Shown: in pieces, positions 40,364-50,479 of the stretch | How positions within the stretch are numbered: position 1 is the stretch's first letter | Layout: every line of letters starts with the position of its first letter | From: Patescibacteria group bacterium | Lineage (GTDB): Bacteria > Patescibacteriota > Minisyncoccia > UBA6257 > GWB1-50-10 | Direction of reading: 5' to 3' | DNA: 64,000 bases | NCBI GenBank assembly: GCA_040757555.1 | Contig: JBFLWN010000002.1 | Location: 19,116 to 83,115, forward strand | Translations under genes and position numbers: made by a program | The notes under the pieces: generated by a model | The model's input: the letters and a program-made list of their open reading frames with translations, nothing else | Database searches by the model: none | What the model was told of the DNA's origin: nothing

Positions 40364-41197
40364 TCATTTCCACTTTTTTTCTAATTCATTTAAATACCCC
40401 CCACTCTTCATCTCCCTAATAATCTCATTTATCGCCATAATCAATTCACTGTTTTCTTTCTTTGCCACCACTCCATAATATTCCTCGGTAAATGGATCAC
40501 CCAATAATTTAAGAGTCGGATTTTTTTTAACAATGGAAATTGCACTAATATAGTCCGTAATAATCACATCAATGACTCCTTGATCCAAGTCAGATACTAT
40601 CCCATCCTTCACATAAGAATCGGACATTTCTTTATAAGTAAAAATATTTTTTTCATCGGTATATTTTTTCGCCTCAATATAACCGGTGGTATCGGTTTGA
40701 ACTCCAATTTTTTTCCCGTTGATATTATCGAATGAATTAATGTCCTGAGAGTTGCCACGAACTATCACTGCTTGTCCCCCAGAAAAATAAGGGGTAGAAA
40801 AAAGAAACTTCTCGGATCTTTCCGGAGTAATGGAAACCGAAGAAATTATCAAATCAAATTCCCCATTTTCTAATGCGGGAAATAATGAATCCCAATCATA
40901 GTCTTTATACTGCAATGTCACCCCCAATCGATCTGCTATGTTTTTTGCAAAGTCCACATCAAATCCATCGGGTTCGCCACGATCATTTAAAAATTCCATA
41001 ATTCCATATGGGATATCGCCCCCCACTGTTAAAATTCCTGGAACTCTCAAACGTTTCAGAATTTCAGCATAATTCGTATCTTTCTGTTGGGAAAAATACC
41101 AATAACTACCAAAAGAAATAAGAAATAAAATAAATACCGATACGGCGCCAATGAAAAAAACTCTTCTACTCATGTATTTATTATACACTTTCAACAT
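40364..41197 (-). CDS. membrane-anchored family-3 solute-binding protein (amino-acid ABC SBP-like)
   Basis: ILTVGGDIPYGIMEF..GFDVDFAKNIADRLG; N-terminal TM. Confidence 0.65.
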   Translation of the reverse strand: MLKVYNKYMSRRVFFIGAVSVFILFLISFGSYWYFSQQKDTNYAEILKRLRVPGILTVGGDIPYGIMEFLNDRGEPDGFDVDFAKNIADRLGVTLQYKDYDWDSLFPALENGEFDLIISSVSITPERSEKFLFSTPYFSGGQAVIVRGNSQDINSFDNINGKKIGVQTDTTGYIEAKKYTDEKNIFTYKEMSDSYVKDGIVSDLDQGVIDVIITDYISAISIVKKNPTLKLLGDPFTEEYYGVVAKKENSELIMAINEIIREMKSGGYLNELEKKWK

Positions 41198-41218
41198 GGA
41201 CCCATGTTCAGAATATAG

Positions 41219-42013
41219 TTAATACAGTTTTTTATTGTAGATATCCAACAAGAGTCTCCCCTCTCTTCCGAGATTTGGATTTCCTTTATACACTGTTACC
41301 CCGCAATTTATTGGGGTTTCGTTTATATTCACATCCATAAATTTCTCGCGATCCCAGTGTTCCAGGTTTGCGCGGAACGAAAGAATGGTTAAATGATGTG
41401 ATATCACCAATACATTTTCGTTTGCACGTTCTCTCACAATGGTTCCCAAAAAATCTCGAACACGATCGCGCACATCCGATTTACTCTCCCCATTCAAAAA
41501 ACGATATTCATATCCTCCCTCCAATTTATATAAGAGTCCCTGAAGTGGATTCATTACGTTATAAATACGCCAATCATTAAACAACGTTGAAAGTCCGTGT
41601 TCTTGTTCGCGAATTCGCTCTTCGGAAATTGTTTTTACTTTTTTTAATTCCGGCCATCCTTTTTTTATTTCTGCAAAGGTTTGCCGAGTACGCAGATAAG
41701 GAGAAACATACACCACATCAGGAAATTCAATGTGTTTTTTCAGATTTTTTCCTACTTTCTTTGCCTGTTCAAGTCCGGTTTTTGTGAGTGGAGTATTATA
41801 ATCACTCATCGGAAGATTTATTGCGTGCCACATCTTTTTTGTGAGTACTCTCAATTCTTCACTTGGCCAATTTTCATCTTTTGCTTTTGCAAAATCCCGA
41901 TCAAAAAGCTCACAAAAACGTCCATAATCAATGTGATCCTGTTTTTTGAATTTCAGCGCATTATATTCGGATTCCCCGTGTCGTATAAATGTTAATGTAT
42001 GTGGCCATTTCAT
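41219..42013 (-). CDS. histidine phosphatase family (phosphoglycerate mutase-like)
   Basis: LTFIRHGESEYN. Confidence 0.75.
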   Translation of the reverse strand: MKWPHTLTFIRHGESEYNALKFKKQDHIDYGRFCELFDRDFAKAKDENWPSEELRVLTKKMWHAINLPMSDYNTPLTKTGLEQAKKVGKNLKKHIEFPDVVYVSPYLRTRQTFAEIKKGWPELKKVKTISEERIREQEHGLSTLFNDWRIYNVMNPLQGLLYKLEGGYEYRFLNGESKSDVRDRVRDFLGTIVRERANENVLVISHHLTILSFRANLEHWDREKFMDVNINETPINCGVTVYKGNPNLGREGRLLLDIYNKKLY

Positions 42014-42092
42014 ATATTCAGAATATCATATATTCTCAAAAAAACGCAGAAAAATTGACATAAATAAGATCACATAGTATAATTAAGCCCTT

Positions 42093-43355
42093 ATGACAGA
42101 AAGCAAAAAAGATTTTTACGGGTTAGGAATCGCCCCGGGTATTCTCGATATCATTTCGAACAAACTCAACTTTAAAGTTCCAACTCCAATTCAAGAACGC
42201 TCAATCCCTATCTTGATTGAAGGAAAAGATTTAATGGGAATTGCACAGACAGGAACGGGAAAAACACTCGCGTTCGGAATTCCATTATTGCAACGGGTGC
42301 TTCAAGGTGTAGGAAATGGCCTTGTGGTGGTTCCCACACGTGAACTCGCACTACAGATTGACGAAACACTTCGAAAAATCGGCACTCCACTCAGTTTGAG
42401 AACTGCGGTGATCATCGGCGGAGAACCTATTTCGAAACAAATCCGGGATCTTCATCGAAATCCACAAATTATCATCGGAACCCCAGGAAGAATTCTCGAT
42501 CATTTGGAACAAAAAACACTTTCACTAAGTAAGGTAGGAATTTTTGTTTTGGATGAAGCGGATCGAATACTCGACATGGGATTTGCTCCACAACTACAGC
42601 GCATTCTTTTTATTCTCCCGAAAAATCGACAAACAATGCTCTTTTCGGCAACTATGCCGGAACAAATTATTTCTATTGCGAAAACATACATGAAACTCCC
42701 CGTACGAGTCGAAATCGCGCGACCGGGAACCACGGTAAAAGACGTGACACAGGAATTATTTTTTGTGAAACAGGAAGAAAAACCGAGGCTCTTGGAAAAA
42801 ATGCTTCAGGATTATCGCGGTTCGGTGTTGGTGTTCTGTCGAACAAAATATAGTGCAAAAAAAATAGCGGCACTCGTACGTGCACTGGGACATAAATCGG
42901 TTGAAATGCACGGCAATCGATCACTCAGCCAAAGAAAAGATGCATTAGAAGGATTTAAAACCGGACGATATCGAGTGCTCATTGCAACCGACATCGCTGC
43001 ACGAGGAATTGATGTCACCAACATTGAATTGGTATTAAATTATGATCTTCCTGAGAATGCGGAAGATTACGTACACCGCATCGGTCGCACCGCACGAGCG
43101 GGAATCGCCGGTCGCGCCATTTCATTTGCGCAACCGAATCAAAAAGCGGATGTGCGTTCAATTGAACGACTCATCAGAGGAACACTTCCTATTTCAAAAA
43201 TCCCCCTTCTCCCCCCTCCGTTGCCCTCAAAGTTTAAGGTTGAAAAAATGGAAGAAAGATTTGATCCACGAAAAAAACGATTTCATCCGCGCGATCGCAA
43301 AAAGAAATTTCACGGCAAGCGCCCCTACTCGAGTTCATTCAGAAAAGGAAGATAA
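42093..43355 (+). CDS. DEAD-box ATP-dependent RNA helicase
   Basis: AQTGTGKT, PTRELA, DEAD, SAT, HRIGRTARAG; basic C-tail. Confidence 0.9.
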   Translation: MTESKKDFYGLGIAPGILDIISNKLNFKVPTPIQERSIPILIEGKDLMGIAQTGTGKTLAFGIPLLQRVLQGVGNGLVVVPTRELALQIDETLRKIGTPLSLRTAVIIGGEPISKQIRDLHRNPQIIIGTPGRILDHLEQKTLSLSKVGIFVLDEADRILDMGFAPQLQRILFILPKNRQTMLFSATMPEQIISIAKTYMKLPVRVEIARPGTTVKDVTQELFFVKQEEKPRLLEKMLQDYRGSVLVFCRTKYSAKKIAALVRALGHKSVEMHGNRSLSQRKDALEGFKTGRYRVLIATDIAARGIDVTNIELVLNYDLPENAEDYVHRIGRTARAGIAGRAISFAQPNQKADVRSIERLIRGTLPISKIPLLPPPLPSKFKVEKMEERFDPRKKRFHPRDRKKKFHGKRPYSSSFRKGR

Positions 43356-43364
43356 AATCACATT

Positions 43365-43395
43365 ATAAAAAATCCCCGTTCCAACGGGGATTTTT
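43365..43395. terminator. hairpin aatccccgttccaacggggatttttt
   Basis: Inverted repeat plus T-run. Confidence 0.55.
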
Positions 43396-43399
43396 TATA

Positions 43400-43795
43400 T
43401 TACTTCTCTAGTGCCATACAGCCTCCATATGTTTCTTCATCACTCTCGAGAAGAAACGCACCGTTTCCTTTCGTCCAAAAAATAATTGATTCATCATTAT
43501 TCGCATAACGAACACCGCTTGCCGAAATTGTTTCCGGAAGAGATAGTGTGCGTCCATCGCTCAATATAATATGAACACTACCGTTTGGTATTGGTCGTTC
43601 ACCAGGTTTTACGGGAATTGGAGTACCAATTATATACGTTGCTTGAATTGTTTGAGCATTTTCGCAAACATATGAAACATTATTTTCGCGTTTTGAATCC
43701 AACGTTTCGTTTTTTTGTTGTGAAACACTGGGATAGAAAAACCATATCCCCAAAATCACTGCCATTAAAATTATTGCCGCAAAAATTGTTTTCAT
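43400..43795 (-). CDS. MliC-like (membrane-bound lysozyme inhibitor) family candidate
   Basis: Signal/TM; SASGVRYANNDESIIFWTKGNGAFL resembles the MliC SGSGAxY..FWxKG motif. Confidence 0.45.
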   Translation of the reverse strand: MKTIFAAIILMAVILGIWFFYPSVSQQKNETLDSKRENNVSYVCENAQTIQATYIIGTPIPVKPGERPIPNGSVHIILSDGRTLSLPETISASGVRYANNDESIIFWTKGNGAFLLESDEETYGGCMALEK

Positions 43796-43881
43796 AATTT
43801 ATGTTGTATCTATAAAGAATACCACAACCAGAAAATCTGTTATTATTTATGTAGTTCAATAATAATTTCAAAGAAAGGAAG

Positions 43882-45477
43882 GTGGCTATGAAAGGCCTAT
43901 CTAAGTCATGGAAAATAATCCAAGGTGGCATGGGGGTATATATCTCCGGCTGGCGTTTGGCTCGTGCAGTCTCACTTCCAAAATCTTTTGTATCCTTCTG
44001 GAGATTTGTTGCATGGATATTCAATATTTTTGGAAAGAAATACATATATGGAGGCGGTCAATTGGGCACCCTCTCCGGCGTTGCACTTCATCGAATCGTT
44101 CCCCGTATTCTCCAAATGGGTGATCCGGGCGGTCATATTCGACGCGCACTTTCACATTTCCCATTTCCAGCTATTGCCCAAAAAGTTATAGATACATTCT
44201 ATGTGGAGGGCGGGATTAAAAAAGGAACTCCATTCAAAGCGGTACCTGTGTTTACTATTAACCCAACACATCTTCTCATCTGTACTACCATTTGCTCCAA
44301 CTATGCATTTGTGTGGTTGGCAAAAGAAAAAAATCCGAACCCGATAAGTATTAATTATCTGGAAAAGGTGGCAATGCCCCATGTATATGCAATCTTTGGC
44401 GCAATACTTGCGGGGGTTGATTTCATCACTATGGGTGCGGGTATCCCTCTTCAAATTCCGAAATTGATTGAAGATATTGTGGAGGGTCGAGAAGCAACCT
44501 ATCGCATACCGGTCATTGGAAAAAATATCACGAGTTACACAATGACATTCGATGCAAAGAAATTCTTCGGAAGTGAATTGCCAAAAATGAAAAAACCGGG
44601 ATTCATTCCGATTATTTCATCAAATCTCTTGGCAAATATCTTTATGAAAAAATTGCCTCCGGGGAGTGTATTTGGATTTGTGGTTGAGGAACCTACTGCA
44701 GGAGGACACAATGCTCCCCCACGAAAACCGATTTTTGATGAACATGGAAACCCCAAACCAATCTATGGAGAAAAAGATGTAGTTGATTATCCCGCGCTTG
44801 CTTCACTCGGTGTCCCTTTTTGGATTGGCGGTTCGTATGCATCTCCGGAAAAACTCAAATGGGCACTCTCGGTTGGCGCAGCAGGTATCCAAGCGGGTTC
44901 AATTTTTGCTCTTTCTGAAGATTCAAATATGGATCCTAATATCCGCAAAAAAATCCGAAAACGTGGTTTTGAAGGAACACTTATTGTGAAAACCGATATG
45001 CGAATATCGCCAACCGGTTTTCCATTTAAAATAGTGGATCTTGAAGACACCATAGCAAATTCGGAAGTGTATGAAGCAAGAACGCGTATTTGTAACCAAA
45101 GCGAACTTGTTTCTCTCTATGAACGCCCCGATGGAAAGGTTGGTTATCGATGTCCAGCTGAACCAGTGGATGATCAATTCGTGAGAAAAGGCGGAGACCC
45201 AGCCGACACTGTCGGAAGAGGTTGTCTCTGTAATGGACTTATCACCACTGGAGGGTTAGGCGATGAAGAAGAACCACCGGTAGTCACGCTTGGTGACGAT
45301 GTGAGCTTCCTTCCATTCCTCATGAAGAACGCCGAAGATTCATATTCCGCAGACGAAGCAATAAAATATCTGTTAGGAAAAATAAAAGACCCGAAATACT
45401 CAGGGTCTTTTTTTAAAATACTATCCACGCAATTGATGCGACCGCCCAACTCGCTTCGTTCCAGATTTCGCTTATAA
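43882..45477 (+). CDS. FMN-dependent nitronate monooxygenase/FabK-family oxidoreductase with insertions and a Cys-containing C-terminal extension
   Basis: IIQGGMG..QLGTLSG..TAGGH motifs; 531 aa, longer than typical. Confidence 0.55.
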   Translation: MAMKGLSKSWKIIQGGMGVYISGWRLARAVSLPKSFVSFWRFVAWIFNIFGKKYIYGGGQLGTLSGVALHRIVPRILQMGDPGGHIRRALSHFPFPAIAQKVIDTFYVEGGIKKGTPFKAVPVFTINPTHLLICTTICSNYAFVWLAKEKNPNPISINYLEKVAMPHVYAIFGAILAGVDFITMGAGIPLQIPKLIEDIVEGREATYRIPVIGKNITSYTMTFDAKKFFGSELPKMKKPGFIPIISSNLLANIFMKKLPPGSVFGFVVEEPTAGGHNAPPRKPIFDEHGNPKPIYGEKDVVDYPALASLGVPFWIGGSYASPEKLKWALSVGAAGIQAGSIFALSEDSNMDPNIRKKIRKRGFEGTLIVKTDMRISPTGFPFKIVDLEDTIANSEVYEARTRICNQSELVSLYERPDGKVGYRCPAEPVDDQFVRKGGDPADTVGRGCLCNGLITTGGLGDEEEPPVVTLGDDVSFLPFLMKNAEDSYSADEAIKYLLGKIKDPKYSGSFFKILSTQLMRPPNSLRSRFRL

Positions 45478-46066
45478 GCGAACCTCTTGTGTTTCTATTC
45501 CATCCTTGATGGTTTGAAACTACAAGATGAACAATTCGAGTAATGATGGTGATATTTCCTAACAATATCCACCATCCGGACAATCCACGTTCTCCATAAA
45601 GATAAATACTGAAAGCAAGTGCAACCTGCGGTACTGACTTAAAGAACACCGCAAGCCCAGCTTTCACGTACGCATCCAATAATGGGAGTTTTTTTATCTT
45701 TGCAATCGCGATAGTAAGAATCACACCAGCGATAACAATAAATAAAGTTACGGTATCGGTGTGTTTCCATACTTCGGGCATTTTGAAGAAAGCAATAAAG
45801 AAATGTCCTCCGATAAACAGAGACCACATTGCATAAATGAATATGCTCTGTTTCTTTATTGTCCTTTCGCCATCTGTGGATTCTTTGAATGCAAGAACCG
45901 AGAGCCACAAATTGATGACCGCAAATATAAAATGACAGAGAAAAAACGAAAGAAGATTTCCTTCGGTGCTCTTCATCATTTTTACCGCCTGCGTCGCAAA
46001 GAATATTGTCGCGCAAACAATTTGGAACCAAAACAGCAGGTTCCCGAAAATTCTTCTTTTGGGCAT
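45413..46066 (-). CDS. hypothetical polytopic membrane protein (convergent 65-nt overlap with the preceding CDS)
   Basis: 5 or 6 TM helices. Confidence 0.45.
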   Translation of the reverse strand: MPKRRIFGNLLFWFQIVCATIFFATQAVKMMKSTEGNLLSFFLCHFIFAVINLWLSVLAFKESTDGERTIKKQSIFIYAMWSLFIGGHFFIAFFKMPEVWKHTDTVTLFIVIAGVILTIAIAKIKKLPLLDAYVKAGLAVFFKSVPQVALAFSIYLYGERGLSGWWILLGNITIITRIVHLVVSNHQGWNRNTRGSLISEIWNEASWAVASIAWIVF

Positions 46067-46173
46067 TCGGCCCTCCTGTTTTGATTGGAAAAATTATTAC
46101 TTAAGTTACTATTTTAAATATAGCACAATATCTTAAGTTTGTCAATGTATGCCAATAATGTGAGATAATAAGG

Positions 46174-46482
46174 CTATTTTTTATCTTTATCTTTTTCACT
46201 TGGACAACCCCAATTCCAATGCGGTTTCTCCCCTTTCTTATATGCAATCCGGATAAAAACAGCAGTGAGTAATACGACAGGAAGAGCAAAAGTAAAAACA
46301 ATTTCATTTTTGGGCGACTGCTCATCAATAGTGAGTGAAAACAAAACAATGAGCGCAATGTAACCAATGGTAATCGCCCACCCCTGCCACGTTACGGGTG
46401 TCCATCCCCATCCAAAACATTTTGCCTTGAACCAATACCCTTCCGGATTATTTTTTAAATATTCAATATATTTTTTTATCAT
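46174..46482 (-). CDS. small 2-TM membrane protein
   Basis: ORF; hydrophobic segments. Confidence 0.4.
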   Translation of the reverse strand: MIKKYIEYLKNNPEGYWFKAKCFGWGWTPVTWQGWAITIGYIALIVLFSLTIDEQSPKNEIVFTFALPVVLLTAVFIRIAYKKGEKPHWNWGCPSEKDKDKK

Positions 46483-46536
46483 ATGTATATTCTACATCAA
46501 ATTTGTTTATATAATCCACGTTGTCTTATGGACAAA

Positions 46537-46566
46537 AAAAAGACGACTGAAAAAGTCGTCTTTTGA
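46537..46566. terminator. hairpin aagacgactgaaaaagtcgtctttt
   Basis: Inverted repeat plus T-run. Confidence 0.5.
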
Positions 46567-47745
46567 TTATGTGAATATCTTTCGATATATCAGAATCCCC
46601 ACTATTCCGAAAACAAGAACCGTTCCCCCCAACACCTGGAGAGCAAGCGGAAGTCCCGATGTGGTGAGAAAAAATCCAAATGCGCCAAGTGACACAAACT
46701 GCATCCCTCCCGAAATCGCCGATTGAATGGAAAGAACGGTTGCCCTGTTTTTTGAATCGATGTGACGATTCAAAAATTCCGAGAAAAACGGACGCGACAA
46801 CCCTCGCACCATGTTTTGCAGAAATATCATCCCAATGGCAAAAACCGAAACGAACGAGCCCATAATAAATACGGGAATCCCCACAAGTGCCACAAGCAGT
46901 ACAATAATATTTTTTTCACCAACTCTTTTTGCAAGTCCGTCGGCGTTCCTGCTGAAATACCAGGCGATACCATTCAAAAAGAAAAAGATAACGCCGTAAT
47001 ATTTCACGTCGAGTAAAACGAGTTCAAAATACGGGTTGTAGGTAAAAAACCATATCTTTGATGCAACACTTATCATGGTGGCGAATCCAAATATCCATTT
47101 CACTTCCATGCTCCGTGCAACAAATGCAAATCCTGATTTCATGATGTGTATCTGTTCCTTCGGAGTGTATTTTTTTTCTGTGGGAGGTTCCTTCAGAAAA
47201 AATGTTGCTCCCAACGAAACCACTGCACCGGGAATCGAAAGAAATGCGGGAAGACGAAGTGAAATGCCGGCGAGAAATCCAACCGCAAGAGAGCAGAACG
47301 CAACAAGAATAAGATAGTTTCCTGTTGCACGCCCTTCTATTTTTCGGTATTCGTCTTCACGTCCCGATACTTTCAGTGAATCATAAAGAAACGCGGAATC
47401 CGCACCGGAAGTGAGTGAAGCGCCGATCATCCACATGATATTTGCGGTCCATACATCACCGGGCGAGTTCATACAGGCAAAAATAATTCTACTCGCGAGT
47501 TGAAACATTGCACCCGCGACAATAGTTTTTTTTCTGCCGATGAGATCGGCAAGTGCCCCGGAAGGAATTTCAAGAAATATGAAACCAATAAGCACAATAG
47601 ATTCCAGATAATAGATACCAGAAAGATTCATCTTTCCGAGGTGAATGAGACTTGAGATGAGCACGGGTCCCCAAAAAAGCGGTTCTGCAAATGTCACATA
47701 CCAGGTGTAGAACCGAACGTTTCGCGATACATCGTGAGCGTTCAT
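46567..47745 (-). CDS. MFS transporter
   Basis: 12 TM helices; GRKKTI motif. Confidence 0.8.
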   Translation of the reverse strand: MNAHDVSRNVRFYTWYVTFAEPLFWGPVLISSLIHLGKMNLSGIYYLESIVLIGFIFLEIPSGALADLIGRKKTIVAGAMFQLASRIIFACMNSPGDVWTANIMWMIGASLTSGADSAFLYDSLKVSGREDEYRKIEGRATGNYLILVAFCSLAVGFLAGISLRLPAFLSIPGAVVSLGATFFLKEPPTEKKYTPKEQIHIMKSGFAFVARSMEVKWIFGFATMISVASKIWFFTYNPYFELVLLDVKYYGVIFFFLNGIAWYFSRNADGLAKRVGEKNIIVLLVALVGIPVFIMGSFVSVFAIGMIFLQNMVRGLSRPFFSEFLNRHIDSKNRATVLSIQSAISGGMQFVSLGAFGFFLTTSGLPLALQVLGGTVLVFGIVGILIYRKIFT

Positions 47746-48082
47746 TGTTTTCTCCTTTATTTATTTGTGAAAGATCATTTTTATGCTGAATAAAAAAATT
47801 CCGGCTTCTATTCAGCCGGGATGTCCCAAAAAAGAAATGTTTTTGCTTACTTAGGAGTGTTTCAAAGGTTGAAAAAACATATCGGCTGAATACAAATTAA
47901 ATCCATGTCCGTATGACACGACAAAATCGGCCACCGGGGTGATGGTGTTCCAATTGTTTGTATTAAGTTGTCGACACATTTTTCTCATGGATATACTATA
48001 CCATAACTCACAAAAAATGCAATGGACGTCATAAAGAACCCAACACAAGAGGAGATTCTTAATTTAACTTACATTTACTTTC

Positions 48083-48586
48083 TTAGGAGTCACAATTAAC
48101 TAACAACACAACGCTTTTTTCTCTATTCTCTTCGAGGGTATTTTTCACAAATTTCTCCCACTCCGATGACAGTTTTTCATTTTCCCCGTCGTTCTCACTC
48201 CATCCCCTTTCAACCCAACTACAATCCGAATTCATTATTGCCTGGGGAAATAAATCATTGAATATCTCCGAGTCGCCAAGAAGGTATTCGGGAAGAAAGA
48301 TATCATTGAGCGTCCAACTATCAAATTTTCTGTTTTCATCTTCAGTATTCCCATTTCCCCCGTATTCATTGAGGGGTTTTTCCACTTTTTGTCTTAATAC
48401 ATACAACAACTTTTCATATTCATTCGGTTTTCTATTCTTATAGAAAACTAGCTTTTCATTGAATGTCATTTTTTCAATTTCATTCTTCATTCGTTCCATT
48501 TCCATATCATTCTCTTTAATGATCCCGGGAACATTTTTTCGCATAGATTCGTCAATATTTACAATTACAAAAGTATAATAATGCAT
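48083..48586 (-). CDS. hypothetical acidic protein
   Basis: ORF; last gene of the rsgA-containing minus-strand operon. Confidence 0.4.
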   Translation of the reverse strand: MHYYTFVIVNIDESMRKNVPGIIKENDMEMERMKNEIEKMTFNEKLVFYKNRKPNEYEKLLYVLRQKVEKPLNEYGGNGNTEDENRKFDSWTLNDIFLPEYLLGDSEIFNDLFPQAIMNSDCSWVERGWSENDGENEKLSSEWEKFVKNTLEENREKSVVLLVNCDS

Positions 48587-48594
48587 GGTTATAT

Positions 48595-50202
48595 TTAAAT
48601 AATTTTTGCGCTTTTCAATACTTTCCTTACGGAATATTTATACTGATGATTTTTCTCCAATGCTTTGCGGGCCTGATCTTTCGTGATAAATCCAACGGTC
48701 ACCTCTCGCGCAAGACGGGTTGCATCAGGATGAAATCCGAGCATTCTTCGCGCTTTGCTTTCCGCGGCACGAGCGAAAAGACAGGAATTGGAATTCGATT
48801 CCACCAAATCCTCTCCCCTTGGAATTTTCCATCCGAGTTTTTTTAGAATTTTCTTTGTATCTCCGATTTTTCTCTGAAGAAGAAATGGAAGATGCACCAC
48901 GTACACTGCGGGTCTGTTTTTAAATGGCTGTAATTTTCTTAACGACGAAAAAACAAATTTCTTTGATTCGCTGTTTTGGCTAAGCCCCGCCCATTCATTG
49001 ATGCCAAGTGCAATCACCCGCACTCCATGTTTCACCGCTTCTCCGTAATATGATCGAATAATCACCCGCCTGCACAATTGGCAGGTTCGAATGAATGGAA
49101 TGCGATGTTCACATTTTATGGAATAATGCCTCCGTCCTTCCGTGTACCATTTTCGAAATTTCTCTTTTAATTCGGGAGATTCGCGCTCGTCGTATAAATC
49201 CGCTGTTTTTTGAAAACTTGCGCGATCTGCCGGACGGATATATTTTCTCGCATCAATTTTTTCGTAATCAACTCCCAATTGCGCAGCAACCTGTTTTGCC
49301 CTCTGGGGTATGTGCTTTGGGTAATAGCCGGAATCCAATGAAAACGCGAGAGGAGTAAATCCCATCTTTTTGATTTCATACAACATCGCCGTACTGTCCT
49401 TTCCTCCGGAAATACCCACCATCGCATCATATTTTCCCTTCCCACTCTTTCGTAAAGACAATAAAAGCTTTAATTCTTTCTCAAGTGGCTTTTTGCTAAA
49501 ATTTTGTTTGTACTTTTCGCATACCTCGCAAAAACCCGACTTTCCTATTGCATAGGACAAATTGGCACTTGAGTTGATACATCGCTTACACTCCCGTATT
49601 TCCACCAGCGCCTTCAACTGTGAAATTATTTCCTTCTCTGTGGTAACCGCAGTATTGAATGAGAGATGCGCAATCTTTTCTACTTTGTTTGTGGAAAAAA
49701 GTCGTTCCTCGATTTCTTGCTCTTTTTCCGCGAGTTTCTTTGAAAAGTTTTCCCTCTTTGCGAGTCGGTATGTTGTTTGTGTGTCGGGCGTTTTCAGATA
49801 CACCACAAAATATCCGTTTTTCTTGAAATACAAAGAATTCCGATATCCGCGTATTCCCGCCACAATGGGAAATTTTTGGGGAAAATCTTTTTTGTGGAGA
49901 TATATGATTGTTTTTGCAATAACCGATGAAGAATATTTATTTTTGAGATAGGTGAAAAAATCTCGCGCCTCTTCACGGGAAAAATGTTTTCGAACCGGTT
50001 TCTTATAAATTTTTCCAACCGCCCGGATAAACCCATCTTCTTTCTTCGGTAATTCCGTTAACGTTGATGCGGGATATATCACCAAATGAGATGCCTCGAT
50101 GTGTTTCGCATGAGAAAAATGATGCACAAGTGATTTTGCCAGTGTGGTTTTCCCGGTCCCTGGGGCGCCAAACACGACGATTCCCTTATAATTCCGTTTC
50201 AT
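48595..50202 (-). CDS. fusion protein: N-terminal P-loop kinase-like domain, CxxC-x16-CxxC zinc finger, PP-loop ATP pyrophosphatase domain (TtuA/Ncs6-like arrangement)
   Basis: GAPGTGKTT; CKRC..CEVC; SGGKDS; later C-x9-C-x2-C. Confidence 0.6.
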   Translation of the reverse strand: MKRNYKGIVVFGAPGTGKTTLAKSLVHHFSHAKHIEASHLVIYPASTLTELPKKEDGFIRAVGKIYKKPVRKHFSREEARDFFTYLKNKYSSSVIAKTIIYLHKKDFPQKFPIVAGIRGYRNSLYFKKNGYFVVYLKTPDTQTTYRLAKRENFSKKLAEKEQEIEERLFSTNKVEKIAHLSFNTAVTTEKEIISQLKALVEIRECKRCINSSANLSYAIGKSGFCEVCEKYKQNFSKKPLEKELKLLLSLRKSGKGKYDAMVGISGGKDSTAMLYEIKKMGFTPLAFSLDSGYYPKHIPQRAKQVAAQLGVDYEKIDARKYIRPADRASFQKTADLYDERESPELKEKFRKWYTEGRRHYSIKCEHRIPFIRTCQLCRRVIIRSYYGEAVKHGVRVIALGINEWAGLSQNSESKKFVFSSLRKLQPFKNRPAVYVVHLPFLLQRKIGDTKKILKKLGWKIPRGEDLVESNSNSCLFARAAESKARRMLGFHPDATRLAREVTVGFITKDQARKALEKNHQYKYSVRKVLKSAKII

Positions 50203-50209
50203 ATATTGA

Positions 50210-50479
50210 TTATAGCCCAGAACCTATCAAAACAAGTTTTTTCTTGCGTGACCAACTTTTGATTTCAATTTCCCGTTTTAATGCTTTGCTTTTTGTCTTA
50301 TATTTTTCCGAATAGACGAGCGCCACTGGCCGGCGAGATTTTGTGTATCGCGCTCCACGTTTCGAGGTGTTGTGTTGCCCCACCCGTTTTTTAAGATCGG
50401 TGGTGTATCCCGTATAGAGCGAACTATCCGCGCATTTAAGAATATAAACAAAATGGTTCACAAATTTATTTTTTATCAT
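50210..50479 (-). CDS. GIY-YIG nuclease family protein (UPF0213/YhbQ-like)
   Basis: FVYILKCADSSLYTGYTTDLKKRVGQHN..RRP..LVY..E. Confidence 0.8.
   Translation of the reverse strand: MIKNKFVNHFVYILKCADSSLYTGYTTDLKKRVGQHNTSKRGARYTKSRRPVALVYSEKYKTKSKALKREIEIKSWSRKKKLVLIGSGL

Noticed and set aside
47786-47825. Possible riboswitch or attenuator upstream of the MFS transporter
   Set aside because: The structure is a simple hairpin (ccggct..agccgg) followed by a U-tract on the minus strand. It is more simply the terminator of the upstream minus-strand unit than a ligand-binding element.
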